A stretch of 61,314 bases of DNA from an uncultured Verrucomicrobiota bacterium (GCA_964566575.1 CAZMKD010000237.1:1-61314), one strand, 5' to 3'. Shown: positions 6,747 through 17,244, counted from the stretch's first letter. Numbers and translations: made by a program. The notes: generated by a model not told the origin, from the letters alone.

Positions 6747-9694
6747 AGTTGCACCTGCTCGCTGGTGGCAAGGAAGAACAACACCGACTCCGCGACCTCG
6801 ATGCCGGCCACTTGCTTCAACGCGTCGCAGTAGGCCTGCATTTGCGGCCGGTAGCGCTCGGTCTTCGGCCGCGAGTCGGTTTTGTAATCGACAAGCGTCC
6901 ACCGTTTTCCTTCCCGGAACAACAAATCGATCTTGCCCTCCATCGTCCCGACCGTGAACGGCAACTCGCGGTACACTTCATCGGCTCTTTGCGCGCGCTG
7001 GAGCAACTGCGACTTCAGTGCACGCTCGATCATTTTCCGCGCGTCCTCCGGCAACCCCGTGGCATCCGAGCGCTCCAACGCCTCGTGGACAAGGATGCCG
7101 AATTCCATCGCGCGTTCGCGGAAGATGCCGGTCGGCTCTTCTTCGCGCGGTTCAGCTTCGTGGGCAAGCTTCGAGGGGCTGATGCGGGCGACCGGCTGCG
7201 AGGCGCGCGCCAACAAGGCCGCGCGTTCGGCCTGCCATTGCCGGCGCTTCGCAATGAGTTCATTTGGAGTGCTCCGACTTGTCGGAGCTTTGCCGTGGCT
7301 CTTCACAGCGGCGACAAGTCGCTGCACTCCAAAATCAACTTCGACAAGTTTGCTCGCCTCCGGTCTGATACCCAACAGATCGAGCCGTTCACCATGTTCC
7401 TTGAACCACGGGATAACGAGCCGTTCTTTCGCGCGTGTGGCGGCAACATAGAGCAACCGGATTTCCTCGGCTTCGTCCCGTTTGGCCTGTTCCTTCGTGG
7501 CGTCGTCGAAGCTGGCGGTGCGGTAACCGGCAAAGCGCAGCTCAACGTGACCGGTCGCGCGATTCGTCACGAGTCGCACGCCACTGTCGCTGGACTTGCC
7601 GGCCAGATCGGCGAGCACGACGACTGGAAATTCCAACCCTTTCGACTTGTGCATCGTGAGGAATTGGACGACGTCGGCATTCTCCTCGGTGGACGGCGCC
7701 GGCTCTTCGTCCGCGCCGCCGAGGACGGTGGTGCGGAGTTGCCGGACAAAACCGCGCAGCGAACGCACGCCCGCCACTTCGAGCGATCGGGCGAGGCCGA
7801 GCGCTTTCAACAAATTCGCGACGCTGGCCGGGCCGTCCGGGGCGCACGCAGTAAACGCCTGGCAGATGTACGTGCGGGCAAACACCAATTCGACAAACCC
7901 GGCCACCGAGAGGGCGTGCCGCCGCTCGTGCAGCTCGCGCAGCGAGCCGAGCGCGTCGTTGTGCAAGTAATCGAGTTTGCCGGCGGCCGACGCGAGGAAT
8001 ATCTGCTCGTCGCTCCAACCAAACAGCGGCGAGCGCAGGACGGCGACGAGGTTGAGCTTGTCATTGGGGTTGTCGAGTGCACAGAGCAACGAAACCAGCG
8101 TCTGGATTTCCTGTCGTTGATAGTACCCGCGTCCGCCGACGATGCGGAACGGCACGCCGTGTTCGATGAACGCATCCTCGAAAATCTCCACGCCGGTAAA
8201 GCTGCGGAACAACAGCGCCACGTCGCCGAACTTGAACTTACCGGCGTCGACCCCTTCCCGGAGATGGCGCGCGATCGCCGCCGCTTCGGCTTGCCGAACT
8301 TCCGTGATCTTTTCCGCGAACACTTTCGGGCGCAGCAACGTGACGCGCGGCTCATCGATCTGGAACTTCGCTTCGAGCGCGATGTAGTCTGGTTGGTAAT
8401 CACCGTCGGCTGGTTTCTGGATCAATTTCGCGAATACCTCGTTCACCCAATCGAGGATCGTCGACTGGCTGCGGAAGTTTTGCTGGAATTGCAGCACCTG
8501 TCCCATCTTCTCGATCGCGCGACGTGTGTGGACGTACATCTCGATGTCAGCCCGGCGAAAACCGTAGATGCTCTGCTTCGGGTCGCCGACGATGAACAGT
8601 TTACCCGGCACGTCGCCGGCGAGCGCGAGCACGATCTCGACTTGCACGGGGTCGGTGTCCTGAAATTCGTCCACGAGCAAAAACCGGTATCGCTCCTGCA
8701 GTTGCCGGCGCACGTCGGCGTTGTCGCGGAGAAGATCGCGCGCCTTCTCCAGCAGGTCATCGAAGTCGAGCACGGCTTTCTGGCGTTTGACCTGTTGAAA
8801 GTGCGCGACAAATCCCTGCAACCACCCGGCCAGCTCAACGAGGAAATTATGCTCCACCACCGCCGTCAACTCCGCGATAGCCGACTTGAGTTCCTTGATC
8901 GCCGCCTTCGCCTCGCGGAACACATCCTCGGAATCAAAATCGGCTTTGCGCTTTGGCTCAGTCACCTCCAGCGCGCCCAGCACAGCGGCTACGCGATCTT
9001 CTGACGCTCGTTCCAACAGTGGCAATGTCTCGCGCAAGGCCCTTGCCCGTTCATAGAAGTTCTCGCCGCGCGCGACGCAATGCTTCAGCGGTGATTCGAG
9101 CGCCCCGGCAATCTCGTTCAAGCGACGCAACACTTCCCGGACTCGTACCGGCTCACGCCCCGGCCACTTCAGTATTTGCGCCCGGTGATCGACCAGTTGC
9201 ACCGCCAGCTCGCGCAACGCCTCGACGCGCACCTCGCGCACCAATGCCTGCCGCAACGCAGCCGGATTCTTCGACAGCTCCCCTTCGAGCCATTGCGTCC
9301 ACGCCTCGTCGAGCAACAACTCGCGTTGCATCGCGTCCGCCACGGCAAATTGCGGGTCGACGACCGCCTCGACCGGCCGCTCCCGCAGCACCGACGCGCA
9401 GAACGAATGGATCGTCGTGATCGAAGCGCGTTCGAGATCGCGCAACGCCTCGGCGAGTTTCTTGCCGGCCAGACTCTTCTCCAATTCCTCGCGCAACCGG
9501 ACTTTCAAATCGCCAGCCGCCTTCTCGGTAAACGTGATGGCGACAATCTCGTGCAACCGGGCCCGATCCTTCTTCACCGCTTCGAGAATGCGCGACACCA
9601 GCGCCGTCGTCTTGCCGGTGCCCGCCGCCGCCTCCACGAAGAACGTCGTGTCCAGCTTTTCTCTGGCGTCCTTCCGCGCAACGGCGTCGCTCAT
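6743..9694 (-). CDS. addA: UvrD-family helicase/nuclease, AddA-like
   Basis: AAAGTGKT, VDEFQDT, VGDPKQSIYGFR, TMHKSKGLEF, LLYVAATRA, C-terminal IDL..DYK nuclease. Confidence 0.88.
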   Translation of the reverse strand: MSDAVARKDAREKLDTTFFVEAAAGTGKTTALVSRILEAVKKDRARLHEIVAITFTEKAAGDLKVRLREELEKSLAGKKLAEALRDLERASITTIHSFCASVLRERPVEAVVDPQFAVADAMQRELLLDEAWTQWLEGELSKNPAALRQALVREVRVEALRELAVQLVDHRAQILKWPGREPVRVREVLRRLNEIAGALESPLKHCVARGENFYERARALRETLPLLERASEDRVAAVLGALEVTEPKRKADFDSEDVFREAKAAIKELKSAIAELTAVVEHNFLVELAGWLQGFVAHFQQVKRQKAVLDFDDLLEKARDLLRDNADVRRQLQERYRFLLVDEFQDTDPVQVEIVLALAGDVPGKLFIVGDPKQSIYGFRRADIEMYVHTRRAIEKMGQVLQFQQNFRSQSTILDWVNEVFAKLIQKPADGDYQPDYIALEAKFQIDEPRVTLLRPKVFAEKITEVRQAEAAAIARHLREGVDAGKFKFGDVALLFRSFTGVEIFEDAFIEHGVPFRIVGGRGYYQRQEIQTLVSLLCALDNPNDKLNLVAVLRSPLFGWSDEQIFLASAAGKLDYLHNDALGSLRELHERRHALSVAGFVELVFARTYICQAFTACAPDGPASVANLLKALGLARSLEVAGVRSLRGFVRQLRTTVLGGADEEPAPSTEENADVVQFLTMHKSKGLEFPVVVLADLAGKSSDSGVRLVTNRATGHVELRFAGYRTASFDDATKEQAKRDEAEEIRLLYVAATRAKERLVIPWFKEHGERLDLLGIRPEASKLVEVDFGVQRLVAAVKSHGKAPTSRSTPNELIAKRRQWQAERAALLARASQPVARISPSKLAHEAEPREEEPTGIFRERAMEFGILVHEALERSDATGLPEDARKMIERALKSQLLQRAQRADEVYRELPFTVGTMEGKIDLLFREGKRWTLVDYKTDSRPKTERYRPQMQAYCDALKQVAGIEVAESVLFFLATSEQVQL

Positions 9695-12381
9695 TTCACG
9701 GTCTCCTTGATTTCGTGAAACGTTGTAATCCGCGCGTCGCCGAGTTTGCGCGCTGCGAGTTTCAGGATGCCGTTGCCACAGATCGGACGGAAGTCGCACT
9801 GCCGGCAATTTTCCGGTGTCGCGTGCTGCGCGAACACGCCGTCGCGAATCATGCCGGCGGCGGTGTCGAGTAGCTTGTTCACATCATCGCGTCGCGCTTC
9901 AAGTGCGCCCCGCGAGAAATGGATGTCCCGGTATCCACCTCGCAGCGTGAAGAACAAGTAGCTCGCCGCCTCGACACTTACGTCCGGCAAGAGCTTCTCG
10001 GCCGCCAGCAAGTACAGCGGCAATTGCAACGCTTCGCCGCCGGCCAGCGCGTCGTCGCGCAGCCCGCGCGGCAGCTTGCCGGTCTTGTAATCGAGCACGC
10101 GGGCGCGGCGTCTGTCAGCGCTGAGGTCAATGCGATCGATTGTGCCGCGCAATCGCACGGGCGCGGCGACCGCGAGGCCGTCGAATTTCTTTTCAAATTC
10201 CACCGGTCGCCAGTCCTTTCCGCGGTCGCGCGCGACGAACGCGGCGAGTTCGTCGAGAATGATTTCCTTCTTGATCGCCCAAACGGCCGGATACCCGGTC
10301 ACGCCTTCGCGTTCGAACCGCTCGAAATGTTTCTCCGTCACCGCCACCAGTTCGCCGCCCCGGTAGTAGTCTTCGAGAATCGCGTGATAAAGCGAGCCGA
10401 GGTCCTTTGACTCGATGACGACCGTGGCTTCCGGTTCCTCCCAGCGCTCGATGCCGAGCACGTGCTTTTGAAAATAGTAAAACGGACAACCGAAGAAATC
10501 CTCCAGCGACGTCGCGCTAATGACGAGTTTTTCCAGCCCGAACCGCTCGCGCAACAGTTGCCGGGCGTCCGTGCCGTCGATCATGCCGTCGTACCGGGTC
10601 AGCGCACGCTCGCCCCAGCGTTGCCGGTAGGCTTGGACGCCGGTCCGCAATGTCAGCGAAATCTCCGCGAGATAGTCGTCGTTCACGACTTGCAATGCCT
10701 TCAAATCCAACTCGCCCTCGTCGAGCGGCGGCTCACCGGTAGTTTTCAGGACGAGTTTGTCGAGCGCCTTGAAGTCCTTCGCGCCGGTATGCTCCAGCAA
10801 CAGGAACGACGGTACGCGCGGACGCGCTGTGGCCGGCTCGATGCGCGGATAGCTGAGCACGAGTTGCTCGCGCGCCGTCGCCCGGGCGAGATCGAAGAGT
10901 AAGTGTTCCTCGTCGTACCCGCGTTGTTTCAGCGGCAGATCGGGGCTGATCTGGCGGCGTTCGTCGTCGAGCAGCAGCGGGTCTTCCCGGATGACGCGGG
11001 GGAAACTCTTCTCGACCAAGCCGAGCACCATGACAAAGGGAAAACTCAGTCCGCGCGCGCTCATCACGTCACCAACAAAGATGCCGCCGCCTTGAAACTT
11101 GCCGGTCGGTTCGCGCTCGGCTTCGATGGCCTTCTGGCAAAACTCCGCGAACGTCTCAAAGGTCACCGGCGATTCGAAAGCGTCCAGTTCCGCGAGCGCG
11201 CTGATCGCTTCGCTGACGCCGAGATGGCTGCCTCCGAGCGCGCGAAACGCGGCGAGCACCGGCTCGATAAACTTGGTCCACTGGCCCTTGGCCGGGATGG
11301 CTTCAGCGAGCGTAAAGATTTTGGTGATGAACTCAGATAACTCACGGTCGGGAGGGCGCAGCCGGCGCTGCCACTGTGACTGGCCGGCGACGATGCCGAG
11401 TTCAACCGTGCGCGCGTCCCACGGCGAATGCGGCCCGATGTGGCAGGCCAGTTCCATCATCGTGGCGCGGCTGTAGTTCGATCGGATGACTTCGAGCAGC
11501 AGCCAAAGCAGCTTCGCGTCCGGGTGTTCGGTGAGCGGACGTCCGCCGCGGAAGTAAATCGGCAAACCAAGCGCACCGGCAGTGTCTCGGATGATCGCGT
11601 CGTATTGCTCGCGGCTGCGGCAGAGAATCGCGCAGTCGTTGAACGTCTTGCCGGTCTCGGCGACGTATCGGAGCACGGCACGGAACGCTTCGCGGACTTC
11701 GGCAGGTTCGCCGGGACAGGAGATGATGGTTGACGGAACTGGCTGTGGGCGCGACGAAGCGACAGGGCGCGACTGAAACCAATCGAGGAGCGGTTGTGAG
11801 AATTCCGCGTGCTCGACCCGAGGGAAGAAGATCGCCGCTGGGTTGAGGCGTTCGACGAAGTCTTTCTGGATCATTGTGAGATCGTAGAAGCCGTAAAGAA
11901 ATACCGGAGATTGGAGATTAGAGACCGCCGATTGGCGAAAGTCGTGGTCGTCGAGCCATTGGCGGTACGTTGTATATGCCCTGGCGAGTTCTCGAAGTTT
12001 CTTGGTCTTGCCGGTGAATCGGCTGATGCCGGCTTGTTCGAGGTCTTTGAAAGTTTCGAGCAGCGCGGTGGCGAAGCCGGGGGTGTCGTTGACCGGAGCG
12101 AAGTAATCTTCGCAGGATTTTGCGAGTCGCCGACAGAGCAGTTCAAGGCCGAAACGCGGTGCAGCCGGCATCTGGAGCAGATCGTCGAGGGTCGTGAAAC
12201 GGAGATTGGCGTGCGGCACGAGCGTGCGTTGGAGATGCAAGCCGAGCAGTCGCGTGGGGACGACGACAGTCAGTGGTGCAAGCGGGCCGCGCGTTTTCTT
12301 GTAGGCAGTTATCTCGTCCGCGAGTGCGGCTTCGAGGTGCGGCTGAAACGCGCCGAGGTAGAGTTTGCGTGGCTGGGGCAT
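9691..12381 (-). CDS. addB: AddB-like PD-(D/E)xK nuclease with Fe-S cysteines
   Basis: SARGLSF, SATSLEDFFGCPF, GTIDRID..DYKTG, CRQCDFRPIC. Confidence 0.85.
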   Translation of the reverse strand: MPQPRKLYLGAFQPHLEAALADEITAYKKTRGPLAPLTVVVPTRLLGLHLQRTLVPHANLRFTTLDDLLQMPAAPRFGLELLCRRLAKSCEDYFAPVNDTPGFATALLETFKDLEQAGISRFTGKTKKLRELARAYTTYRQWLDDHDFRQSAVSNLQSPVFLYGFYDLTMIQKDFVERLNPAAIFFPRVEHAEFSQPLLDWFQSRPVASSRPQPVPSTIISCPGEPAEVREAFRAVLRYVAETGKTFNDCAILCRSREQYDAIIRDTAGALGLPIYFRGGRPLTEHPDAKLLWLLLEVIRSNYSRATMMELACHIGPHSPWDARTVELGIVAGQSQWQRRLRPPDRELSEFITKIFTLAEAIPAKGQWTKFIEPVLAAFRALGGSHLGVSEAISALAELDAFESPVTFETFAEFCQKAIEAEREPTGKFQGGGIFVGDVMSARGLSFPFVMVLGLVEKSFPRVIREDPLLLDDERRQISPDLPLKQRGYDEEHLLFDLARATAREQLVLSYPRIEPATARPRVPSFLLLEHTGAKDFKALDKLVLKTTGEPPLDEGELDLKALQVVNDDYLAEISLTLRTGVQAYRQRWGERALTRYDGMIDGTDARQLLRERFGLEKLVISATSLEDFFGCPFYYFQKHVLGIERWEEPEATVVIESKDLGSLYHAILEDYYRGGELVAVTEKHFERFEREGVTGYPAVWAIKKEIILDELAAFVARDRGKDWRPVEFEKKFDGLAVAAPVRLRGTIDRIDLSADRRRARVLDYKTGKLPRGLRDDALAGGEALQLPLYLLAAEKLLPDVSVEAASYLFFTLRGGYRDIHFSRGALEARRDDVNKLLDTAAGMIRDGVFAQHATPENCRQCDFRPICGNGILKLAARKLGDARITTFHEIKETVK

Positions 12382-12405
12382 ACCTGATAAATGTTGCGGC
12401 GTCCG

Positions 12406-13518
12406 ATGAAAATCTTGCCGAAGTATATCATACGGCAGACGCTCGTCACTTTGTTCTTCACGGTGAGCGTGTTCACGTTCGTGCTGATGCTGGCGCGGAT
12501 GTTGAAGCAGCTCAGCGAGATGCTGGTGAACCGGCAGGTCGGGCTGGACATTGTGGGATGGTTTATCCTGTTGCTGATGCCGTACGTGATGAGTTTCTCG
12601 TTGCCGATGGCAATGCTGGCGGCGTCACTGCTGGTGTTTGGGCGGATGAGTGCGGACAACGAGATCACGGCGATTCGCGCCAGTGGCGTGGGATTGGGAC
12701 GTGTGGCGTCGCCGGTGATTCTGTTGGCGTTGTTGATGATGGCGTTGTGCTTCTACATCAACACGACCCTCGCGCCGCAGTGCCGGTTTCAGTTTCGTAC
12801 GCTGTTCCTGCGGTTGGCCACAGAAAATCCGATGGCGTTGCTCGAAGAAGGCGTCCGGATCCGTGACTTTCCCGGCTACGAGATTTACATCGGACAGAAA
12901 AAAGCGAACATCATCGAGGACGTCCGCATCATGGCGATGGACGACAGAGGAAACGTCACCACGCGCCTGTATGCCGAGAAAGGCCTCGTGAAGGGTGACC
13001 CAGTGACGCGCAAGCTGACGCTTGATCTGTACAAGGTCACGGGCGATCTACGCGACCCGAAAGATCCAACCAACGTTCGCAAGATCCGGCCCGGCACGAC
13101 GGCCGACCGGTATCCCATCGAACTCGACGTCGGCGCGGCGTTTCGTCAGGCGCGGGTCTCCCGCGGCTTGCAGGACCTACCGTTCGGTGAACTACGCGAT
13201 GAGATCCGGCGATTGCGCGACAATGACATCTATCCGGCCGCCGCGTTGATGGAAGCGCATCAACGCGTTGCCGCCGCTGTGGCGTGCGTGGCATTCACGC
13301 TGATTGGAATTCCGCTCGGCATCAAGACCAGCCGGCGCGAGACTTCGATCGGGATCGCCCTGAGCCTCGGCCTGGCGTTGATCTGGTACTTGGTGCTGGT
13401 CGTGTCGAACACGCTGCGCAACCGGCCCTACCTCTTCCCGGAAGCGATCCTCTGGACACCGAACCTGATCTTCGAAATACTCGGTGTCTGGCTGCTGTGG
13501 CGTGTGGCGCGTGTGTGA
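12406..13518 (+). CDS. lptF: LptF/LptG family LPS export permease
   Basis: LPMAML..FGRMSADNEITAIRASGVGL signature; multi-TM. Confidence 0.8.
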   Translation: MKILPKYIIRQTLVTLFFTVSVFTFVLMLARMLKQLSEMLVNRQVGLDIVGWFILLLMPYVMSFSLPMAMLAASLLVFGRMSADNEITAIRASGVGLGRVASPVILLALLMMALCFYINTTLAPQCRFQFRTLFLRLATENPMALLEEGVRIRDFPGYEIYIGQKKANIIEDVRIMAMDDRGNVTTRLYAEKGLVKGDPVTRKLTLDLYKVTGDLRDPKDPTNVRKIRPGTTADRYPIELDVGAAFRQARVSRGLQDLPFGELRDEIRRLRDNDIYPAAALMEAHQRVAAAVACVAFTLIGIPLGIKTSRRETSIGIALSLGLALIWYLVLVVSNTLRNRPYLFPEAILWTPNLIFEILGVWLLWRVARV

Positions 13519-13538
13519 GCGGTGCATTATTTCCGCCG

Positions 13539-15941
13539 ATGAGCAGCGCGGTCCATAACCACAGTACGACACGCCTGAAGCGATTCGCTCCTGATGCGGC
13601 TGCCGTCGCTGTGTTGGCGATTGTTCTCACCCTTTTCTATTGGGGCTTCCTACTCGGACGATATTTCATGTGGAATGACACGTTGACCGAATTCTATCCC
13701 GGGGTGAATTATTTCGCCAAATCGATCCAGGCGGGTCGGTTCCCCCTGTGGTTCCCGGGCGTCCACAATGGGCAGCCGTTCTATTCCGACCCACAGATGG
13801 CCGTGTTCTATCCACCGCAATGGCTCTTAATTCCCTTTGTACAGAATGGACGATTGCCATTTCTGGTTTATCAGAGATACATCGTTCTGCATTACCTGCT
13901 CGGCGGCCTTTTCATGTATGCGTTGCTGAAGCAGATCAAGCTCAGTCCGATTGCGGCGTTGAGTGGTGCTCTCGTCCTCTGTCTCTCAGGTTTTGCCTCA
14001 CTGCGAATCGTGAACTTTGTCATGATCCAAGTGTTCATATGGCTTCCACTCCAACTCCGTTGCGTCCACCGCCTCACTTCCGGCGCGAGTCGTTGGGATT
14101 GGCCGGGTCTCGTTGTCGCCATGCTCATGTCGTTGCTGGGGGGACATCCGCAGACAACCGTCTACTGCTGGTATCTGGTCATCGCGTATTGGTTGTGTCG
14201 CTGCTATTCCGGGCGCCGAACGACTGGTTCTCGACGGTGGGCAACGATACGGCAAGTTGCGAGACGGGACGCCCCAAAATTGGCTGGCACATTTGTGCTC
14301 GTCTTTGGTCTGAGCGCAGTCATGGTGCTGCCGGGAGCGGAGAACTGGTGGCGGTCAGGACGACCGCGCCAGTCATTTGAGGCCGTGGCTGACACGTCGT
14401 TGCCATATCACCAACTTCTGACGTTGTTTGTACCCAATTTCTTCGGAAAGGTGCAATCCTCAGGCTCACCTGTCCCGTTCTGGGGTTTTGATCCAGACAG
14501 TTTGACTGTCATGCTAAACACTACCGAAACCGCCAACCGTGGTTTTTGGCAATACTGGGAACTCGGTGGCTACGCCGGGCAAATTTTCTGGCTAGCACTT
14601 CTCCTGATGCTCTTCAACTGGCGGGGCATCGAAGATAAACTGACGGCGGGATTCTTCCTGGCAACCTGGCTTGCAGCGACATGGTTCATGTTGGGAAGAT
14701 ATGGTGGTTTGTACCAAGTCTTGTACCACATCCTTCCGGGCGCATCCCTATTCCGTGGGCCCGCCAAAATGTCCTGTGTCGCCACTTTTGCCGCTGCGAC
14801 TCTTAGCGCTTACTCCGTAGATCTTCTGAGGCGCCGCACGAAACCGTTACAATACTGGCCGGTGTTCCTTCCAGCAGTGGGTTGTGCATGTCTCGCCGTG
14901 GCGTTGTCCGTCAGCGGGGAGCATCTTGCGGCGGGACTGCGTAATCTTGACAGACTGAACTGGTCACGGCACGAAACGCATTTCGTTCTGGTGGTGGGCG
15001 TGATCTGCGCGCTGGCCGTCGTCGGCACAGTTCGCGCTCAAAGCCCGCGAATCCAAACCGTGTGTTTAGGCAGCCTACTGGTAATCTTGGTCGCCGATTT
15101 TCACCACGCGTATGGAGGTTTCCATCGCGGGCACATGAATCCCGACGTGTATTATCCAGAAACCGATAACCGCTTACTTCCGCTCTTGGAGGACTATCGC
15201 GATCAACGTGGCCCATTCCGCTTCGGTCAGATCATCAGGGGCCGAGTCCGCGAGGAATCGATCACGCATCGGAACCTGGCCTATTTCCATGACTTTTTGG
15301 AAGTCCCGGAAGGCTACACCAGCTTGTATTTGGACAACGTTGCAAGATTTCAAGGAATCACCAACGAGGAAGCCAAGATTGCCATTCAGAACATCACCTA
15401 TATGGTCACGATGGAAAGAGACGAGGACGGCGTACATTGGTCTGGCACACGCACAAACTTGCTCCCGCGTGCGAAGTTTTTCGCGCGGATTCGGCGCTAC
15501 GAGTCCAACACTGCTTTGCTGGGTGCGTTGGAGTGCGGCGAGATTGATTGGCGCAGCGAAGCAGCCGTATGCGAGTTGCCCGCTGTTGGCGCGTCGCGTT
15601 GGGGCGAGCAAGACCAAGCGACTGGCACGAATGACGTAGTTCAGTTTGAGAGCACTACACCGGAGAGCTATTCGATCACCTACAACGTGAGCCGGCCGGG
15701 CATCATCTTCGTCTCACAGGCATTCTACCCCGGTTGGGTGACGACAGACGAGCATCTGACGCTGGTAGAAGTCTTTGGCGCATTTCAGGGGATTGTCATC
15801 CCTGAAGCCAGCCGGGGACAGGTCGTGGTGCACTTCTCACCCGCAGTGTTAAAGCTGGGGATCGCGACCACCATCGTAAGTTTCACGATACTTGCTGCGT
15901 TGGCATTCGGAACTTTGGGTCTCAATCCAAGAAGCCGATAA
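13539..15941 (+). CDS. YfhO-like GT-C fold membrane glycosyltransferase
   Basis: FPLWFP..HNGQPF.SDPQ.AVFYP, GGHPQ, C-terminal SQAFYPGW. Confidence 0.75.
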   Translation: MSSAVHNHSTTRLKRFAPDAAAVAVLAIVLTLFYWGFLLGRYFMWNDTLTEFYPGVNYFAKSIQAGRFPLWFPGVHNGQPFYSDPQMAVFYPPQWLLIPFVQNGRLPFLVYQRYIVLHYLLGGLFMYALLKQIKLSPIAALSGALVLCLSGFASLRIVNFVMIQVFIWLPLQLRCVHRLTSGASRWDWPGLVVAMLMSLLGGHPQTTVYCWYLVIAYWLCRCYSGRRTTGSRRWATIRQVARRDAPKLAGTFVLVFGLSAVMVLPGAENWWRSGRPRQSFEAVADTSLPYHQLLTLFVPNFFGKVQSSGSPVPFWGFDPDSLTVMLNTTETANRGFWQYWELGGYAGQIFWLALLLMLFNWRGIEDKLTAGFFLATWLAATWFMLGRYGGLYQVLYHILPGASLFRGPAKMSCVATFAAATLSAYSVDLLRRRTKPLQYWPVFLPAVGCACLAVALSVSGEHLAAGLRNLDRLNWSRHETHFVLVVGVICALAVVGTVRAQSPRIQTVCLGSLLVILVADFHHAYGGFHRGHMNPDVYYPETDNRLLPLLEDYRDQRGPFRFGQIIRGRVREESITHRNLAYFHDFLEVPEGYTSLYLDNVARFQGITNEEAKIAIQNITYMVTMERDEDGVHWSGTRTNLLPRAKFFARIRRYESNTALLGALECGEIDWRSEAAVCELPAVGASRWGEQDQATGTNDVVQFESTTPESYSITYNVSRPGIIFVSQAFYPGWVTTDEHLTLVEVFGAFQGIVIPEASRGQVVVHFSPAVLKLGIATTIVSFTILAALAFGTLGLNPRSR

Positions 15942-16024
15942 CAGAAAGTCTTTACCGTGGCCTCCTCCCTTCCATCTCTCGCCTATCCGCGCCCGTCCGC
16001 CGCGTTCGACTGACGCTAAAATCG

Positions 16025-17050
16025 TCACGTTCCGCCGAGCTGTCTGCCCATCACTTCCACTAGCGGGCGCAGTTCGTTCATCAATTGTGCAAACTGCATC
16101 GGCTTGAGCTGCTGGCCACCGTCACTCAACGCCGTGGCTGGATCCGGGTGAACTTCGATGAGCAAGCCGTCCGCACCAACAGCGACGGCAGCGCGAGCGA
16201 GCGGAATAATCATATCAGCCCGACCGGCGGCGTGACTGGGATCGACAAACACCGGCAAATGAGTTTCCTTTTTCGCCACGGCGACCGCACTCAGGTCGAG
16301 CGTATTCCGGCAGGCGTGTTCGAAGGTACGGATGCCGCGTTCGCAGAGGATGACCTGGTTGTTGCCGTGGACGCAGATGTATTCGGCGGCGAGCAACCAT
16401 TCGTCCACGAGGCCGGACACGCCTCGTTTCAGCAGAATCGGCTTACCGGACGCAGCGGCGACGGCGAGGAGCGGGACGTTTTGCGCGTTGCGCGCGCCGA
16501 TCTGCAAAACGTCGGCAACCTCGGCAACCATCTCGACATCCTGGGGCGACATGACCTCGGTGACGATCGGCAATCCCGTGGCTGCGCGCGCCTCGCGGAG
16601 CAGTTCGAGGCCAGCGCGGCCCAAGCCCTGAAAGTCGTACGGTGAAGTGCGCGGCTTGAATGCGCCGCCACGAAAGAGCGTTGCGCCGCTCGCCTTCACC
16701 GCTTTCGCGGTCGCCAAGGTTTGCTCGCGGTTTTCGACGGAGCACGGCCCGGCCACGACATGAAAGGCGCTCCCGCCGATCTTGCAGCCAGCCACGTCGA
16801 AAACGGTGTCGTGCTGTTGGTATTGCCGGCTCACGAGTTTATACTTCTTTTGAACGGGCGTGACGGTCTCCACCTGCGGCAGGACGATGAGCGATTCGAG
16901 GGTGTGATGGTTGCGTTCATCGCCCACGCATGCGATGACAGTCCGCTCGACGCCCCGGATGAGCTTTGGCTCGTAGCCAAACTTCTTGACGGCCTCGCAC
17001 ACTTGCTGGATTTCCGGTTCCGGGCTGCCGATTTTCAGGACGATGATCAT
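16025..17050 (-). CDS. aroF: DAHP synthase type I-beta with N-terminal regulatory domain
   Basis: AGPCSVE, RGGAFKPRTSPYDFQG, QIGARN, LLKRG, DPSH, IEVHP. Confidence 0.93.
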   Translation of the reverse strand: MIIVLKIGSPEPEIQQVCEAVKKFGYEPKLIRGVERTVIACVGDERNHHTLESLIVLPQVETVTPVQKKYKLVSRQYQQHDTVFDVAGCKIGGSAFHVVAGPCSVENREQTLATAKAVKASGATLFRGGAFKPRTSPYDFQGLGRAGLELLREARAATGLPIVTEVMSPQDVEMVAEVADVLQIGARNAQNVPLLAVAAASGKPILLKRGVSGLVDEWLLAAEYICVHGNNQVILCERGIRTFEHACRNTLDLSAVAVAKKETHLPVFVDPSHAAGRADMIIPLARAAVAVGADGLLIEVHPDPATALSDGGQQLKPMQFAQLMNELRPLVEVMGRQLGGT

Positions 17051-17068
17051 GGCGTTCGCTCCTTCAAC

Positions 17069-17101
17069 AAAAAAACCGCCCCGCATCGCTGCGGGACGGT
17101 T
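17069..17101 (-). terminator. intrinsic attenuator terminator upstream of aroF
   Basis: AACCGTCCCGCA-GCGA-TGCGGGGCGGTT 12-bp stem (one G-U), GNRA loop, followed by a T run. Confidence 0.85.
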
Positions 17102-17120
17102 GACATGTGCGTCGTTGGCG

Positions 17121-17204
17121 TCAACACAGCGCCCGCAGCGCGCGGCTAAAGTAGAAAAACCAGAACCACGCTTGCGTGTTGCAGTGTTGACGACGGTCGT
17201 TCAT
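17121..17204 (-). CDS. aroF leader peptide, 27 aa
   Basis: MNDRRQHCNTQAWFWFFYFSRALRALC; seven consecutive aromatic codons. Confidence 0.85.
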   Translation of the reverse strand: MNDRRQHCNTQAWFWFFYFSRALRALC

Positions 17205-17244
17205 TGCGAGACGAAGACTAGCAGTTTGCGGCCGGTAAGTCAAC

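Noticed and set aside
6749-9004. Long antisense ORFs (also 20140-21495, 38340-39515, 41234-42529, 45876-47381, 47642-48913)
   Set aside because: Shadow frames opposite well-supported genes, expected from high-GC codon bias
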